Shown here: positions 1 to 10,294 of the stretch, piece after piece
Position numbering within the stretch: the stretch's first letter is position 1
Layout: each line of letters begins with the position of its first letter
NCBI GenBank assembly: GCA_963793425.1
Contig: CAWCAG010000005.1
Span: 1-64,000 of the forward strand
Reading direction: 5' to 3'
Source of the DNA: an uncultured cyanobacterium
GTDB lineage: Bacteria; Cyanobacteriota; Cyanobacteriia; Cyanobacteriales; CAWCAG01
DNA length: 64,000 nucleotides
Translations under genes and position numbers: made by a program
The notes under the pieces: generated by a model
What the model saw: only the letters and a program-made list of their open reading frames with translations
Databases searched by the model: none
Told to the model about the DNA's origin: nothing

Positions 1-71
1 CCAAATAATCTTGCGTATAATGGACTATAACTTAATGCAGACAGTATAGCGATCGCAGGTTTTAGAGCAGA

Positions 72-3000
72 ATGAGTATAACAACAGCTTATGAAATTGT
101 TGCCAAAATTTACGACAGTTCCAACTCTGTCGTTTATCGTGCTAAACGCAAAACCGACGACCATAAAGTTATACTCAAAGTCCTTCAACAAGACTATCCC
201 ACCCCTTCAGAATTAACCTGCTACAAACAAGAATACGAAATCACCCGCTCTCTTCAAATACAGGGAGTAGCGGCAGTTTATGAATTGTTGCCTTATGAAA
301 ATACTCTTGCGATCGCCCTAGAAGACTTCGGTGGTCAATCCCTAAGCTCACTAGAATCCCACAACTTCACCCTCTCAGAATTTCTTGACATTGCTATTCA
401 AGCTGCTCAAACCCTCGAAGAAATTCATCACGCTAACATAATTCACAAAGATATCAACCCCTCTAATATTGTTCTCAACCCGGAAACCGGACAAGTCAAA
501 ATTATCGACTTTGGTCTTTCTACTGTCTTTGCTCAGGAAAAGCCCCTCATCAAAAACCCTGATGTCTTAGAAGGAACCTTGGCTTATATGTCCCCGGAGC
601 AAACAGGGAGAATGAATCGCTCCCTCGACTATAGAACAGATTTGTATTCTCTGGGGGCAACCTTCTACACTCTCCTCACCAAACGCCTAGTCTTTGAAAC
701 TCAAGATGCTTTAGAGTTAGTTCATTGCCATCTCGCCCAAGCCCCCATTCCTCCTCAGCAAATCGACCCAACAATCCCCCCAATTTTGTCGCAAATTATC
801 ATCAAGTTGTTGGCAAAAACAGCAGAAGAACGTTACCAAAGTGCTTTGGGGCTAAAAGCCGATTTAGAAGAATGTCGTCTCCAGTTAGAAAAAACTGGCA
901 AAATAGAAGAATTTCCCCTCGCTCGTCACGATGTAGTAGAGCAACTGCAAATCCCTCAAAAACTCTACGGTAGAGACTCCGAACTAGAACAGTTACTTTC
1001 AGCATTCGAGCGAGTTACTCAACCAGAAGAAACTACTACAGCAAATTCTCTAGAAATGATGTTAGTGGGGGGATATTCTGGCATTGGTAAAACCGCCTTA
1101 ATTCAAGAACTCTACAAACCCCTCTCGCAAAAACGAGGCTATTTTGTTGGGGGGAAATTTGACCAATTTCAACGGAATATTCCCTATTCTGCCCTTATTT
1201 CTGCTTTTAAATCTCTTGTGCGGCAGTTATTAACAGAAAGCGAAGAGCAATTACAACAATGGCGAGAAAAGCTGCAAACAGCCTTGGGTGTTAATGGACA
1301 AGTTATTGTAGACGGAGTTCCCGAAATAGAAGAAATTATCGGCCCCCAACCTCCGCTTCAAGCTCTCGAACCTGCCCAAGCAAAAAACCGTTTTCATCAA
1401 GTTTTTCGAGAGTTCCTGCGGGTATTTTGCCAGCATTCACATCCTCTAGTCATCTTTTTGGACGATTTGCAATGGGCTGATTTTGGTACGCTCGAACTCC
1501 TAGAGTTAATGATGAGCGACCAACAACTGGGATCTTTGCTTTTGCTGGGTGCTTATCGAGATAACGAAGTTGACGATAATCACCCCACAATAGTAACCAT
1601 TGAACGATTAAAAGAACAAGGTGCAGTTGTCAATCAGATTATCCTCAAGCCTCTCAACTCAAATCATGTTACTCAACTACTTAGTGATACTCTTCATTGT
1701 CCAGCAGAAAGTGTTACCTCTCTAACCGAGCTAATCTTACAAAAAACATCGGGCAATCCCTTTTTTATCAACGAATTTCTTACCAACCTCTATCAAGAAA
1801 ATCTCTTTACCCTTAACCGCAACAGCCAATCTTGGCAATGGGACGAGTCGCAAATTAGAGCCTTAGATATAACCGACAATGTTGTCGATTTAATGCTGAG
1901 GAAATTGAAAAAATTACCAGAAGCAACCCAAAAAGCTTTACGTTTGGCTGCCTGCATTGGTAATCGCTTTGATCTGAGTATTCTTGCCATTATTTATGAA
2001 AAGCCTTCCGTAGAAACTTTTGAGGCTCTTTTACCAGCTATACAACAGAGTTTGATTGAGCCGACTTCAGAACTAGAAACAACTTCTCAGACTGCCGTTG
2101 AATCTAATTTAGTAATCGAAAATTATAAGTTTCGCCATGACCGCATTCAACAAGCTGCTTACAATCTCATTGAGCAAAACCATAGCAAAATAGTTCACCT
2201 GCAAATAGGCAAGTTGTTACTAGCTAATCTACAACCGGAGGAGCAACAAGAAAAAATCTTTACTCTAGTAGAGCATCTCAACAAAGGGCTTGAGTTGCTA
2301 GAAAGTAAGGAAGAAAAAATCAAAGTTTTAGAACTTGGTTTAGATGCAGGTAAAAAAGCTAAAAAGTCCATTGCTTACCCCGCAGCACAAGACTATTTAC
2401 GGACAGTTAAAAAAGAATTTCCTGGAGATATTTGGCAAGAAAACTATGAAATGGCTCTCGATCTTCACAAAGAGCTTGCCGAAATTGAATATTTGAATGG
2501 CAATCTTCAAGAATCTCAAGAATTACTTCAACTAGCTATTGAGCGCGTAAAATCTCCCCTGGATAGTGCAGAATTTTACTACCTTCAAATTGTACAGTTA
2601 GGTTTACAAGGAAAACTCAAAAAAGCTATTGATACGGGAAGAGTGGCCCTGCAAACTCTCGGAGACAATTTACCAGAGGATAATTTTCAAGCAGCATTTG
2701 AACAGGAACTGAAGAAATATCATCAAAACTTAGGTGAACGTTCCATCGAAGAATTGTATGATAATCCTGAAATGAATCTTTTAGATAAGCAAGCTATCTA
2801 CAAAATATTATCTCGTGTTTTTTCTGCTGCTTTTATGTCAGATACAAACTTAGCGAATCTTATTTGCACTAAGATGGTAAATCTTAATATCAAATATGGA
2901 CATACACCAATATCTTCAATAGCTTACAGTTTTTTTAGTAGTATCAACTCTTCTGCTCTCAAAGAATATCGTATAGGCTATGAATTGACCTCTCTTAGTA

Positions 3001-5627
3001 TGAAACTATCAGATAAGTATGAGAATTTGCTCTCTAAAGGAATAGCTTGTCAGTTTCATGGAAATATGACTGCACCTTGGCTAGTTCATGTTAAATTTTC
3101 TGAAAATATTAATGATGAGGGAATTAACTGTAGTCTACAAGTTGGAGATTTACAAGCTGCTGGCTACACACAGGGCCACGCTTTTTATACCTTAATCTAT
3201 CAAGGCAAAAACTTAGAAATATTGCTTGAAGAGCTTGAAAGAAGACTTCATTTTAGTCAAGAAACCCAAAACTATTGGTCAATAGGTTGTCTTCTCGCCG
3301 CTAAAATAATTCTGAGCAATTTAGTGGGTGAAAGTCGAGACAAATTATGTTTTGACTTAGAAGAGACATCTGAATCTGACTTCTTAAATAATTGTCAACA
3401 AAATCAAGCATCCTCTGCACTTTGTCTTTATCAAATATTAAAAGCAGAAGCACTTTATTTGTATGAAGAATCTGCTTCTTTAAGCTTGCTAGAACAATCA
3501 GCTAATCTATTAGATTTTATGTTTGGCACAATATCAATTGCCAAACACAACTTCTACTACTCCCTCACCCTCATCGCCCATTATTCCAACGCCTCACCCC
3601 AAGAACAACAAGAATACTGGCAGCAAATCGAAACCAATCAAAAGCAGATGAAAGCATGGGCTGATAACTGCGAAGCCAACTTCCTGCATAAATACCTCCT
3701 CGTAGCCGCAGAAATGGCTCGTATTTCCGAGAATTGGCAAGAGGCAATGGTACTTTATGATCGTGCGATCGCCTCTGCTAAAAAACACGAATTTATCCAA
3801 AATTCAGCCCTAAGTAACGAACTAGCGGCTAAATTTTGGCTGACACAAGGTAAAAAAGACTTCGCCAAACTCTATATGAAAAAAGCCCGCCAAGGCTACC
3901 AAATTTGGGGAGCAAAACGTAAAGTTGAACATCTCGAACAAAAGTATCCCCAGTGGTTTACCTCCTCCTCTAAATCCAACAGCATCACCACCACCCCAAC
4001 CTTAGCAACCTCCGGACGCTCTAGTAAATACCTTGATATCGACACAGTTATTAAAGCCTCAGAAGCCCTGTCTAAAGAAATTGTCCTCCAAGACTTACTA
4101 GCTAAGTTAATGAAAATCGCCATTGCCAACGCTGGGGCGCAAAAGGGTTTCTTAATCTTAGAAAAACAGGGTAACTGGTTCATTGAAGCAGAGGGAAACA
4201 TCAACGAGAGTGAAACAAAACTCTTAGCATCCATTCCCCTCCCAACTCAAGAACACCCAGAGAACGCCTTACTTTCCTCTGGAATCGCCAACTACGTTAT
4301 TCGCCTCAAAGAAAACGTTATACTCGACGATGCCACCAGTGCCGGAAACTTCACCAAAGACCCCTACATCCTCACCAACCGCCCCAAATCCATCCTCTGT
4401 ACCCCCCTAATCAACCAAGGCAACTTAAGCGGTATCCTTTACCTGGAAAACAATCTTACTACTAATGCTTTTACTAGCGATCGCATCGAACTCTTACGCA
4501 CTCTCTCCGCCCAAGCTGCCATCTCCATCGAAAACGCCCAACTTTACCAACGTCTCGAAGACTACAACCGCACCCTAGAACAACAAGTAGCTGAACGTAC
4601 CGAACAGTTACAGCAAAATAACCAAGAATTAAGCCAAACCTTACAAGAACTCAAAACCACCCAAAACGAACTAATCCAATCAGAAAAAATGGCTGCCCTC
4701 GGTCAACTAGTTGCTGGTGTGGCTCACGAAATCAATACCCCCCTGGGAGCCATCCGCGCTGCCATCGGCAACACAGATAAAGCCCTGCAAGATTCCCTAT
4801 CCCAACTACCTCACCTCCTCCCCCAACTCAACCCACAACAGCAAACTGACTTTTTCAACCTCATTGACCAAGCCCTCATCCCCCACGAAAGCCTGAGTAC
4901 TCGCGAAAAACGTAAAATTAAGCGCAGCCTCACCGCAAAACTTAACTCATCTGAAATTGCCGAAGCTAAACAATTGGCACATCTCCTCACCGAAGCTGGA
5001 TTACATGATCAGATGACCGAAACCAACCTTGCCCTGTTGCAAACCCCACAAGCTAAACAGATTGTCCAAATTGCTTACAACATTGCCCGCCTCAATGCTA
5101 GCAGTCAGAATATTAATAATGCTGTAGAACGAGCCTCTAAGATCGTTTTTGCTCTCAAAAGCTACGCCCGTTACGATCATAGCGGAGAAAAGCAAGTAGC
5201 TAAAATGACTGATGGTTTAGAAACTGTCTTGGAACTTTACCGCAACTATCTTAAAAAAGGTGTTACAGTCACTCGCAATTATCAAAGCGTACCAGCAATT
5301 CCCTGCTATAGTGATGAACTAGTACAGGTCTGGACAAACTTAATCCATAATGCTATACAAGCTATGGATGGTCAGGGTAAATTGGAAATTGGGGTAGCTC
5401 AGCAACAAGAAAATATCCTTGTGGAAATTACAGATTCAGGGGCAGGTATTCCCCCAGAAGTTGCTGAAAAAATCTTCGACCCCTTCTTCACCACCAAACC
5501 TGCTGGGGAAGGTAGCGGCTTGGGGTTAGATATTGTTCGCAAAATAATTACCAAACACCAGGGAAATATTACTTTTGAATCCATTCCCGGTAAAACCACT
5601 TTTAAAGTTACTTTACCCATTAGTTAG
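72..5627 (+). CDS. Hybrid Ser/Thr protein kinase - AAA ATPase - GAF - histidine kinase (HstK-type multi-sensor kinase)
   Basis: 1851 aa; kinase motifs HKDINPSN, DFG, YMSPEQTGRMNR; Walker A GYSGIGKT, Walker B FLDDLQW; GAF (YLENNL...FT); H-box AHEINTPL; HATPase N/G/F boxes (NLIHNAIQAM, DSGAGI, FTTK, GSGLGL). Confidence 0.93.
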   Translation: MSITTAYEIVAKIYDSSNSVVYRAKRKTDDHKVILKVLQQDYPTPSELTCYKQEYEITRSLQIQGVAAVYELLPYENTLAIALEDFGGQSLSSLESHNFTLSEFLDIAIQAAQTLEEIHHANIIHKDINPSNIVLNPETGQVKIIDFGLSTVFAQEKPLIKNPDVLEGTLAYMSPEQTGRMNRSLDYRTDLYSLGATFYTLLTKRLVFETQDALELVHCHLAQAPIPPQQIDPTIPPILSQIIIKLLAKTAEERYQSALGLKADLEECRLQLEKTGKIEEFPLARHDVVEQLQIPQKLYGRDSELEQLLSAFERVTQPEETTTANSLEMMLVGGYSGIGKTALIQELYKPLSQKRGYFVGGKFDQFQRNIPYSALISAFKSLVRQLLTESEEQLQQWREKLQTALGVNGQVIVDGVPEIEEIIGPQPPLQALEPAQAKNRFHQVFREFLRVFCQHSHPLVIFLDDLQWADFGTLELLELMMSDQQLGSLLLLGAYRDNEVDDNHPTIVTIERLKEQGAVVNQIILKPLNSNHVTQLLSDTLHCPAESVTSLTELILQKTSGNPFFINEFLTNLYQENLFTLNRNSQSWQWDESQIRALDITDNVVDLMLRKLKKLPEATQKALRLAACIGNRFDLSILAIIYEKPSVETFEALLPAIQQSLIEPTSELETTSQTAVESNLVIENYKFRHDRIQQAAYNLIEQNHSKIVHLQIGKLLLANLQPEEQQEKIFTLVEHLNKGLELLESKEEKIKVLELGLDAGKKAKKSIAYPAAQDYLRTVKKEFPGDIWQENYEMALDLHKELAEIEYLNGNLQESQELLQLAIERVKSPLDSAEFYYLQIVQLGLQGKLKKAIDTGRVALQTLGDNLPEDNFQAAFEQELKKYHQNLGERSIEELYDNPEMNLLDKQAIYKILSRVFSAAFMSDTNLANLICTKMVNLNIKYGHTPISSIAYSFFSSINSSALKEYRIGYELTSLSMKLSDKYENLLSKGIACQFHGNMTAPWLVHVKFSENINDEGINCSLQVGDLQAAGYTQGHAFYTLIYQGKNLEILLEELERRLHFSQETQNYWSIGCLLAAKIILSNLVGESRDKLCFDLEETSESDFLNNCQQNQASSALCLYQILKAEALYLYEESASLSLLEQSANLLDFMFGTISIAKHNFYYSLTLIAHYSNASPQEQQEYWQQIETNQKQMKAWADNCEANFLHKYLLVAAEMARISENWQEAMVLYDRAIASAKKHEFIQNSALSNELAAKFWLTQGKKDFAKLYMKKARQGYQIWGAKRKVEHLEQKYPQWFTSSSKSNSITTTPTLATSGRSSKYLDIDTVIKASEALSKEIVLQDLLAKLMKIAIANAGAQKGFLILEKQGNWFIEAEGNINESETKLLASIPLPTQEHPENALLSSGIANYVIRLKENVILDDATSAGNFTKDPYILTNRPKSILCTPLINQGNLSGILYLENNLTTNAFTSDRIELLRTLSAQAAISIENAQLYQRLEDYNRTLEQQVAERTEQLQQNNQELSQTLQELKTTQNELIQSEKMAALGQLVAGVAHEINTPLGAIRAAIGNTDKALQDSLSQLPHLLPQLNPQQQTDFFNLIDQALIPHESLSTREKRKIKRSLTAKLNSSEIAEAKQLAHLLTEAGLHDQMTETNLALLQTPQAKQIVQIAYNIARLNASSQNINNAVERASKIVFALKSYARYDHSGEKQVAKMTDGLETVLELYRNYLKKGVTVTRNYQSVPAIPCYSDELVQVWTNLIHNAIQAMDGQGKLEIGVAQQQENILVEITDSGAGIPPEVAEKIFDPFFTTKPAGEGSGLGLDIVRKIITKHQGNITFESIPGKTTFKVTLPIS

Positions 5628-5709
5628 CTACAGAAATTAAGAATTTCACCTAACTACTAAATTCAGGGTTTATCTTGAGAGATAATACATTTACTTGAAA
5701 ACAACCCTA

Positions 5710-5741
5710 ACTTATTACTTATTACTTATTACTTGTTACTT
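5710..5741. repeat. Short heptamer tandem repeat (ACTTATT)x3-4, STRR-like
   Basis: acttatt acttatt acttatt acttgtt actt; reverse complement of the unit at 54001-54091. Confidence 0.8.
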
Positions 5742-5747
5742 AAAAAA

Positions 5748-6146
5748 ATGACTGAAGCAGCAATTATTTGTGTTGATGATGAAAGCGTTATCCTCGAAAG
5801 TCTCCAAGAACAAATTGGTCGTCACTTTGGGGAGAAATTTGTCTATGAAGCTGCTGAAAGTGGTGAAGAAGCCCTAGAAATTATCGATGAACTTTATGAA
5901 GATGGGGTCAAGATTGTTTTAATTGTTTCTGATTGGCTGATGCCAGGAATGCGGGGAGACGAACTTTTAGTTCGTATTCATAAGCAGTTTGGTGATGAGG
6001 TTAGAACTATTATGTTGAGTGGACAAGCCGATGAATTGGCCGTAGAAAGAGCTAAAGAAGAAGCTAATCTGTTTCGTTTCCTGGCTAAGCCTTGGCGAGA
6101 AGAAGAATTAATAGAAGTCCTCTCAGCAGCCTTGGAATCAATATGA
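5748..6146 (+). CDS. Single-domain response regulator (REC)
   Basis: [20 protein letters not shown] and KPW motifs; ATG at 5748 preferred over TTG at 5733, which lies within the repeat. Confidence 0.9.
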   Translation: MTEAAIICVDDESVILESLQEQIGRHFGEKFVYEAAESGEEALEIIDELYEDGVKIVLIVSDWLMPGMRGDELLVRIHKQFGDEVRTIMLSGQADELAVERAKEEANLFRFLAKPWREEELIEVLSAALESI

Positions 6147-7819
6147 AGGAATTAATCATTCTGGTGGTCGATGATGAACCGATGGTCTTAGAAAGCCTTG
6201 CAGAGGAGTTAGAGCGCAATTTTGGTCAAGATTACGATATTGAAGCTGCCGAAAGTGCTGAAGAAGCTTTAGAAATTGTTGAGGAACTACACGAAGAAGG
6301 CGAAGTAGCTATAATCGTCTCAGATCATCTCATGCCAGGAATGAAAGGGGATGAGTTGCTAATTAAAATTCACAGTCAATATCCTAATGCTCTGAAGATT
6401 ATGCTCACTGGGCAAGCCGATGCTAATGATGTGGGTAATGCTGTCAATTCTGCTAACTTGTATCGCTACATTTCTAAACCCTGGAATGCTGATGAGTTTA
6501 ACTTAACTATTAAAGAGGCTCTCACCAAGTATAGACAGAAGAAACGAATTGAACAACAGAATCAGCAATTACGGGAAAAAGAGCGCCGCCTTACTCAGTT
6601 TATCGAAGCCATGCCTATTGGGGTAGCAGTTCATGATGCTACCGGAAAACTAGTCTATGTTAACCAGCAGGCTCAAGATTTGCTCGATCTAAACGTGTTA
6701 TTTGGTACTAACACAGAGGGAATTGCAGAGGCTCTCAAAATTTATCGGACAGGGACTAAGGAATTATATCCTACAGAGGAGTTACCAATTGCCCGTTCTT
6801 TAAAAGGGGAAACAGTCCGGGTAGATGATATAGAGATTCATCAATCAGGCAGAGTTGTTTCCCTAGAAGTCTCTACTACACCGATTCGAGACGAGAAAGG
6901 TAATATTTCTCAGGCGATCGCCGCTTTTCAAGATATAAGCGATCGCAAGAAAGCAGAAGCGGAACGAGAACAATATACACAAGAGTTGTTTAAACTCAAT
7001 GAATCCCTTGCTAAGTTTGTTCCCCATCAATTTCTACAATCTCTAGATCGGCAGAATTTGATTGATATTAAACTCGGAGAATCTGTTGAGAAACAAATGT
7101 CGATTCTCTTTGCTGACATTCGCTCTTTTACAACTCTGAGTGAGTGCATGAGTCCCAAGGATACCTTTAAGTTTATCAACGGCTATCTTCGCAGGATGGA
7201 GCCAGCAATTATGGGCAATGGGGGTTTTATTGACAAGTATATTGGTGATGCGATCATGGCTTTGTTTGAAGGTAGCGCGGAGAATGCTGTTCGAGCTGGC
7301 ATAGCTATGTTGCAAGCTCTGGCTGAATATAATCTTACCAGACCAGGAGGAAACCGCCCCCCGATTAAAATTGGTATTGGCATTAATAGTGGCAATTTAA
7401 TGCTCGGCACAGTGGGGGGTAGCTCTCGCCTTGAAACAACTGTCATTGGCGATGCGGTTAATCTCAGCGCCCGCCTCCAAGATTTAACCAAGGTTTATCA
7501 AACCCCACTCCTTATTTCTCACCATACCTTAGCTTCCCTCGAAGAGCCGATGAAATATCCTCTACGCTTGATAGATCAGGGTAAAGTGCGGGGAAAAAGT
7601 GAGGCGGTGGGAGTGTTTGAGGTTTTTGAAACCGATTCTCCTGAGCAAAAGGAAGTTAAGTTAGCAACTAAGCCAATTTTGGAAAAGGCAGTAAGCTACT
7701 ACTACACCGGAGCTATTAATCAGGCTAAATCTTTGTTTGCTGATTGTTTACAAATAAATCAGGGCGATCGCGTAGCGCAAGTCTATCTACAACGTTGTCA
7801 ATCTCCTCAACCTAACTAA
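6143..7819 (+). CDS. REC-PAS-class III adenylate/guanylate cyclase
   Basis: N-terminal REC (VVDDE, SDHLMPG, KPW), PAS, cyclase motifs [35 protein letters not shown] overlap with the upstream REC stop gives start 6143. Confidence 0.92.
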   Translation: MKELIILVVDDEPMVLESLAEELERNFGQDYDIEAAESAEEALEIVEELHEEGEVAIIVSDHLMPGMKGDELLIKIHSQYPNALKIMLTGQADANDVGNAVNSANLYRYISKPWNADEFNLTIKEALTKYRQKKRIEQQNQQLREKERRLTQFIEAMPIGVAVHDATGKLVYVNQQAQDLLDLNVLFGTNTEGIAEALKIYRTGTKELYPTEELPIARSLKGETVRVDDIEIHQSGRVVSLEVSTTPIRDEKGNISQAIAAFQDISDRKKAEAEREQYTQELFKLNESLAKFVPHQFLQSLDRQNLIDIKLGESVEKQMSILFADIRSFTTLSECMSPKDTFKFINGYLRRMEPAIMGNGGFIDKYIGDAIMALFEGSAENAVRAGIAMLQALAEYNLTRPGGNRPPIKIGIGINSGNLMLGTVGGSSRLETTVIGDAVNLSARLQDLTKVYQTPLLISHHTLASLEEPMKYPLRLIDQGKVRGKSEAVGVFEVFETDSPEQKEVKLATKPILEKAVSYYYTGAINQAKSLFADCLQINQGDRVAQVYLQRCQSPQPN

Positions 7820-7925
7820 GCAAAGCTGACCAGACAATCAAGCAGAACCTGTATATAATACCAAAACAATAAAGTCTTTTCTTGGTAAGTTTAGTGATTC
7901 TTTGATGATAAATGTTTAATGATAA

Positions 7926-8369
7926 ATGATAAACGTTACCGGTATAGTTAAACAAGGTCATCAGGTAGCATCAGGAATCGCCTCAGATAGTCCTTATGAT
8001 CAAGGTACTATTAAAATACAGTTACCGTTTTTCCAAAAATTAGGACTCGATCTTAGTCCCTATTATTTAGGTACATTGAATATTTCCATTGCCCCCCATA
8101 GTTTTGCCATCAAACAACCACAATATACCTTCAAAAAGGTTAAATGGCATCCTGATTATCCCCCAGAAGATTTCTCTTTTTCCCCTTGTCAAGTGATTGT
8201 TGAAAATATTAATTATTCAGGATTCATTTATTATCCTCATCCCGAAACTAAAATTGGTCATTTTCAAGACGACTCTATTTTAGAAGCGATCGCCTTACCA
8301 ATACCGAATCTTAATTATGGCGATTCTCTACAATTAGTAGTTGATAAAAGAGAGATTATAATCTACTAA
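7926..8369 (+). CDS. Conserved hypothetical protein, possibly related to CTP-dependent riboflavin kinase fold
   Basis: 147 aa ORF; GIVKQGHQVASG...FQKLGLDLSPYYLGTLNI recalls the GxVxSGxG...LGF.PYPGTLN pattern of archaeal-type riboflavin kinases. Confidence 0.5.
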   Translation: MINVTGIVKQGHQVASGIASDSPYDQGTIKIQLPFFQKLGLDLSPYYLGTLNISIAPHSFAIKQPQYTFKKVKWHPDYPPEDFSFSPCQVIVENINYSGFIYYPHPETKIGHFQDDSILEAIALPIPNLNYGDSLQLVVDKREIIIY

Positions 8370-8420
8370 TTTAGGTTGTGCGATCGCTTTTATCGACAAA
8401 CCCTTCCGTCATCTCACTAT

Positions 8421-8852
8421 CTAATCTAAATAAGCAGAAAATTCTTGAGGAACAAGCCGTAATTCCCCAGAACGCAACTTGTTGATATCTACCCAAAGAG
8501 CTTTCTTCTTTTTCTTCCCTTCGTGGAAACTCATTTCTGTTAGTTCATAGAACTTACAATCCTTAAAATCGCATTGGTAAAGTTGAATTATTTCATGACC
8601 AGCTTCTTCATCGCAAATGAACACATTTTCCAAGCAACCAAGAAATTTGATGTTAGTTAATTCTGCTTGTATTTCTTCTTGAAATTCTCTTTCCAAAGCT
8701 TCTAAACTAGTTTCGCCAAACTCTACTCCCCCTCCTAAAGCACGGTAGAAGTTGTCTTTTTTGCAAGAGTCGTACCCTTCTGAAACAAAGATGCGATCGC
8801 CATGACGAATTAAACCTAAAGCAATAACCCGTATTCTCTTTTTCTTCCCCAT
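8421..8852 (-). CDS. NUDIX hydrolase
   Basis: Nudix box GGGVEFGETSLEALEREFQEEI. Confidence 0.9.
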   Translation of the reverse strand: MGKKKRIRVIALGLIRHGDRIFVSEGYDSCKKDNFYRALGGGVEFGETSLEALEREFQEEIQAELTNIKFLGCLENVFICDEEAGHEIIQLYQCDFKDCKFYELTEMSFHEGKKKKKALWVDINKLRSGELRLVPQEFSAYLD

Positions 8853-9059
8853 CTCTAAATATCCATAGTTTACTTATAGGATTTACCATGAAAGGGGGTT
8901 TTACTTTACACGATTGTAGAAGGATTTTCGTTTTGTTAAGGAATGTAAATTTTATTTTTGCTTATTTTTTGCCTTTTTGCTCTTGACAAGGTAAAATTAT
9001 TTTAGATAATGGGGATAGTAGCAATTTTTTAAATAGAAGTATATATTCTCCATTGTAAA

Positions 9060-9088
9060 ATAATACCTCGCCAAGGGGATAGAGTCAA
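9060..9088 (-). promoter_or_regulatory. Putative sigma70-type promoter upstream of the NUDIX gene
   Basis: Minus strand TTGACT (9083-9088), 17 bp spacer, TATTAT (9060-9065). Confidence 0.45.
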
Positions 9089-9168
9089 GAGATGTATTTT
9101 TCTACCATTACCAAATGAAGGAAAGAGAGATGACTTTTCCCTAACCATCATCTCAGCTTATCTATCAC

Positions 9169-9612
9169 CTATTCATAAAATAAAGATTCACTCTTGCCCT
9201 CAACAGGCCAATCTTCATTTTCTCCCCCGATAATAACTCTGCTGATTTGCACATACTCTTTGTTGAATTGCCTCAAAGCATTGAGCAAAATATCAAGACT
9301 AATTAAATCACTAGTTCCCAAATCAAACCAACAACGGCCCCATAATCCTAAATAATCAAATTCTCCCATATTGTGCATCGGAGACATCAGACTGTTTTCT
9401 GCTGCCTCGTTGTTATATTCTAAATAACTTAGATCAATGCCAGTATCTTGTACCTGCAAACTTTCGGCATTATATCCTCCTAACTTACCGAGGAAAAACC
9501 AAGAATTAAAAACCTCTTCAACAAACTGTTTTTCTCTATTTGCAGGGACAGTTTCAAACTCTAGCCAAATCCACAGATCAAAAGGGTTAAATTCACGAAA
9601 TTGTACTTCCAT
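9169..9612 (-). CDS. DUF3531 family protein (conserved in cyanobacteria and plastids)
   Basis: MEVQFREFNPFDLWIWLEF...SWFFLGKLGGYN...MHNMG...DLGTSD signature. Confidence 0.8.
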   Translation of the reverse strand: MEVQFREFNPFDLWIWLEFETVPANREKQFVEEVFNSWFFLGKLGGYNAESLQVQDTGIDLSYLEYNNEAAENSLMSPMHNMGEFDYLGLWGRCWFDLGTSDLISLDILLNALRQFNKEYVQISRVIIGGENEDWPVEGKSESLFYE

Positions 9613-9659
9613 AAAAGATTAACTAGTTAATTCGTCCATAGTTTGCTCAATCATCTTTT

Positions 9660-10197
9660 TCAGCGTAACTTGTTGGTATTATTTACCAAACTTTGAGCAA
9701 ATTTATCGAAGCGTTGAGACAACTTTTCATCAACAAGTTTACCTTGCTTATCAAAAGCTTGCCAAGCTTGACCAACAGCAATTTGTTCCGGAATTACCCA
9801 ACCATGAACCCAACGCACAATTATACGCAAGCTATTCAGGGCATTGCTGTTAGATTGTCCTCCTAAAACACTTATTAAGCCTGCTACTTTACCGGAAAGA
9901 TGCTCAAAACTCAATAAATCCAAAGCATTCTTCAAAACGCCACTCACGCTACCATGATACTCCGGAGTTGCCAAAATTAAGCCGTCTGCTTCTTTAACTT
10001 TGTTACGCAACTTTTCTACATCAGGATAACCCGAATAGTCATCTCCACCATGACAAAAAGGTAGCTGCATTTGCCGCAAGTCAAGAATTTCTACTTCTGC
10101 ACCCAAGGCTTCTACCCTCGCTACTGCTTGTTCTAAGGCTTTGATAGCTATGGGCATCTGGGCGTAAACTACCACCAATACCAACAATCTTAACCAT
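9660..10197 (-). pseudogene. NADPH-dependent FMN reductase with a +1 frameshift (pseudogene or sequencing error)
   Basis: ATG at 10197 gives the canonical start MVKIVGIGGSLRPDAHSYQ; one extra A (10140-10142) shifts to the frame encoding ALEQAV...TPEYHGSVSGVLKNALD. Confidence 0.8.
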
Positions 10198-10294
10198 GAA
10201 GATCCTTCCTTTAATAAACTCATAACGACTATGACTTAATCGTAACAAGTAGAATTAAAAATGACAAACCTTTTCATTGAACATTAAACATTGT

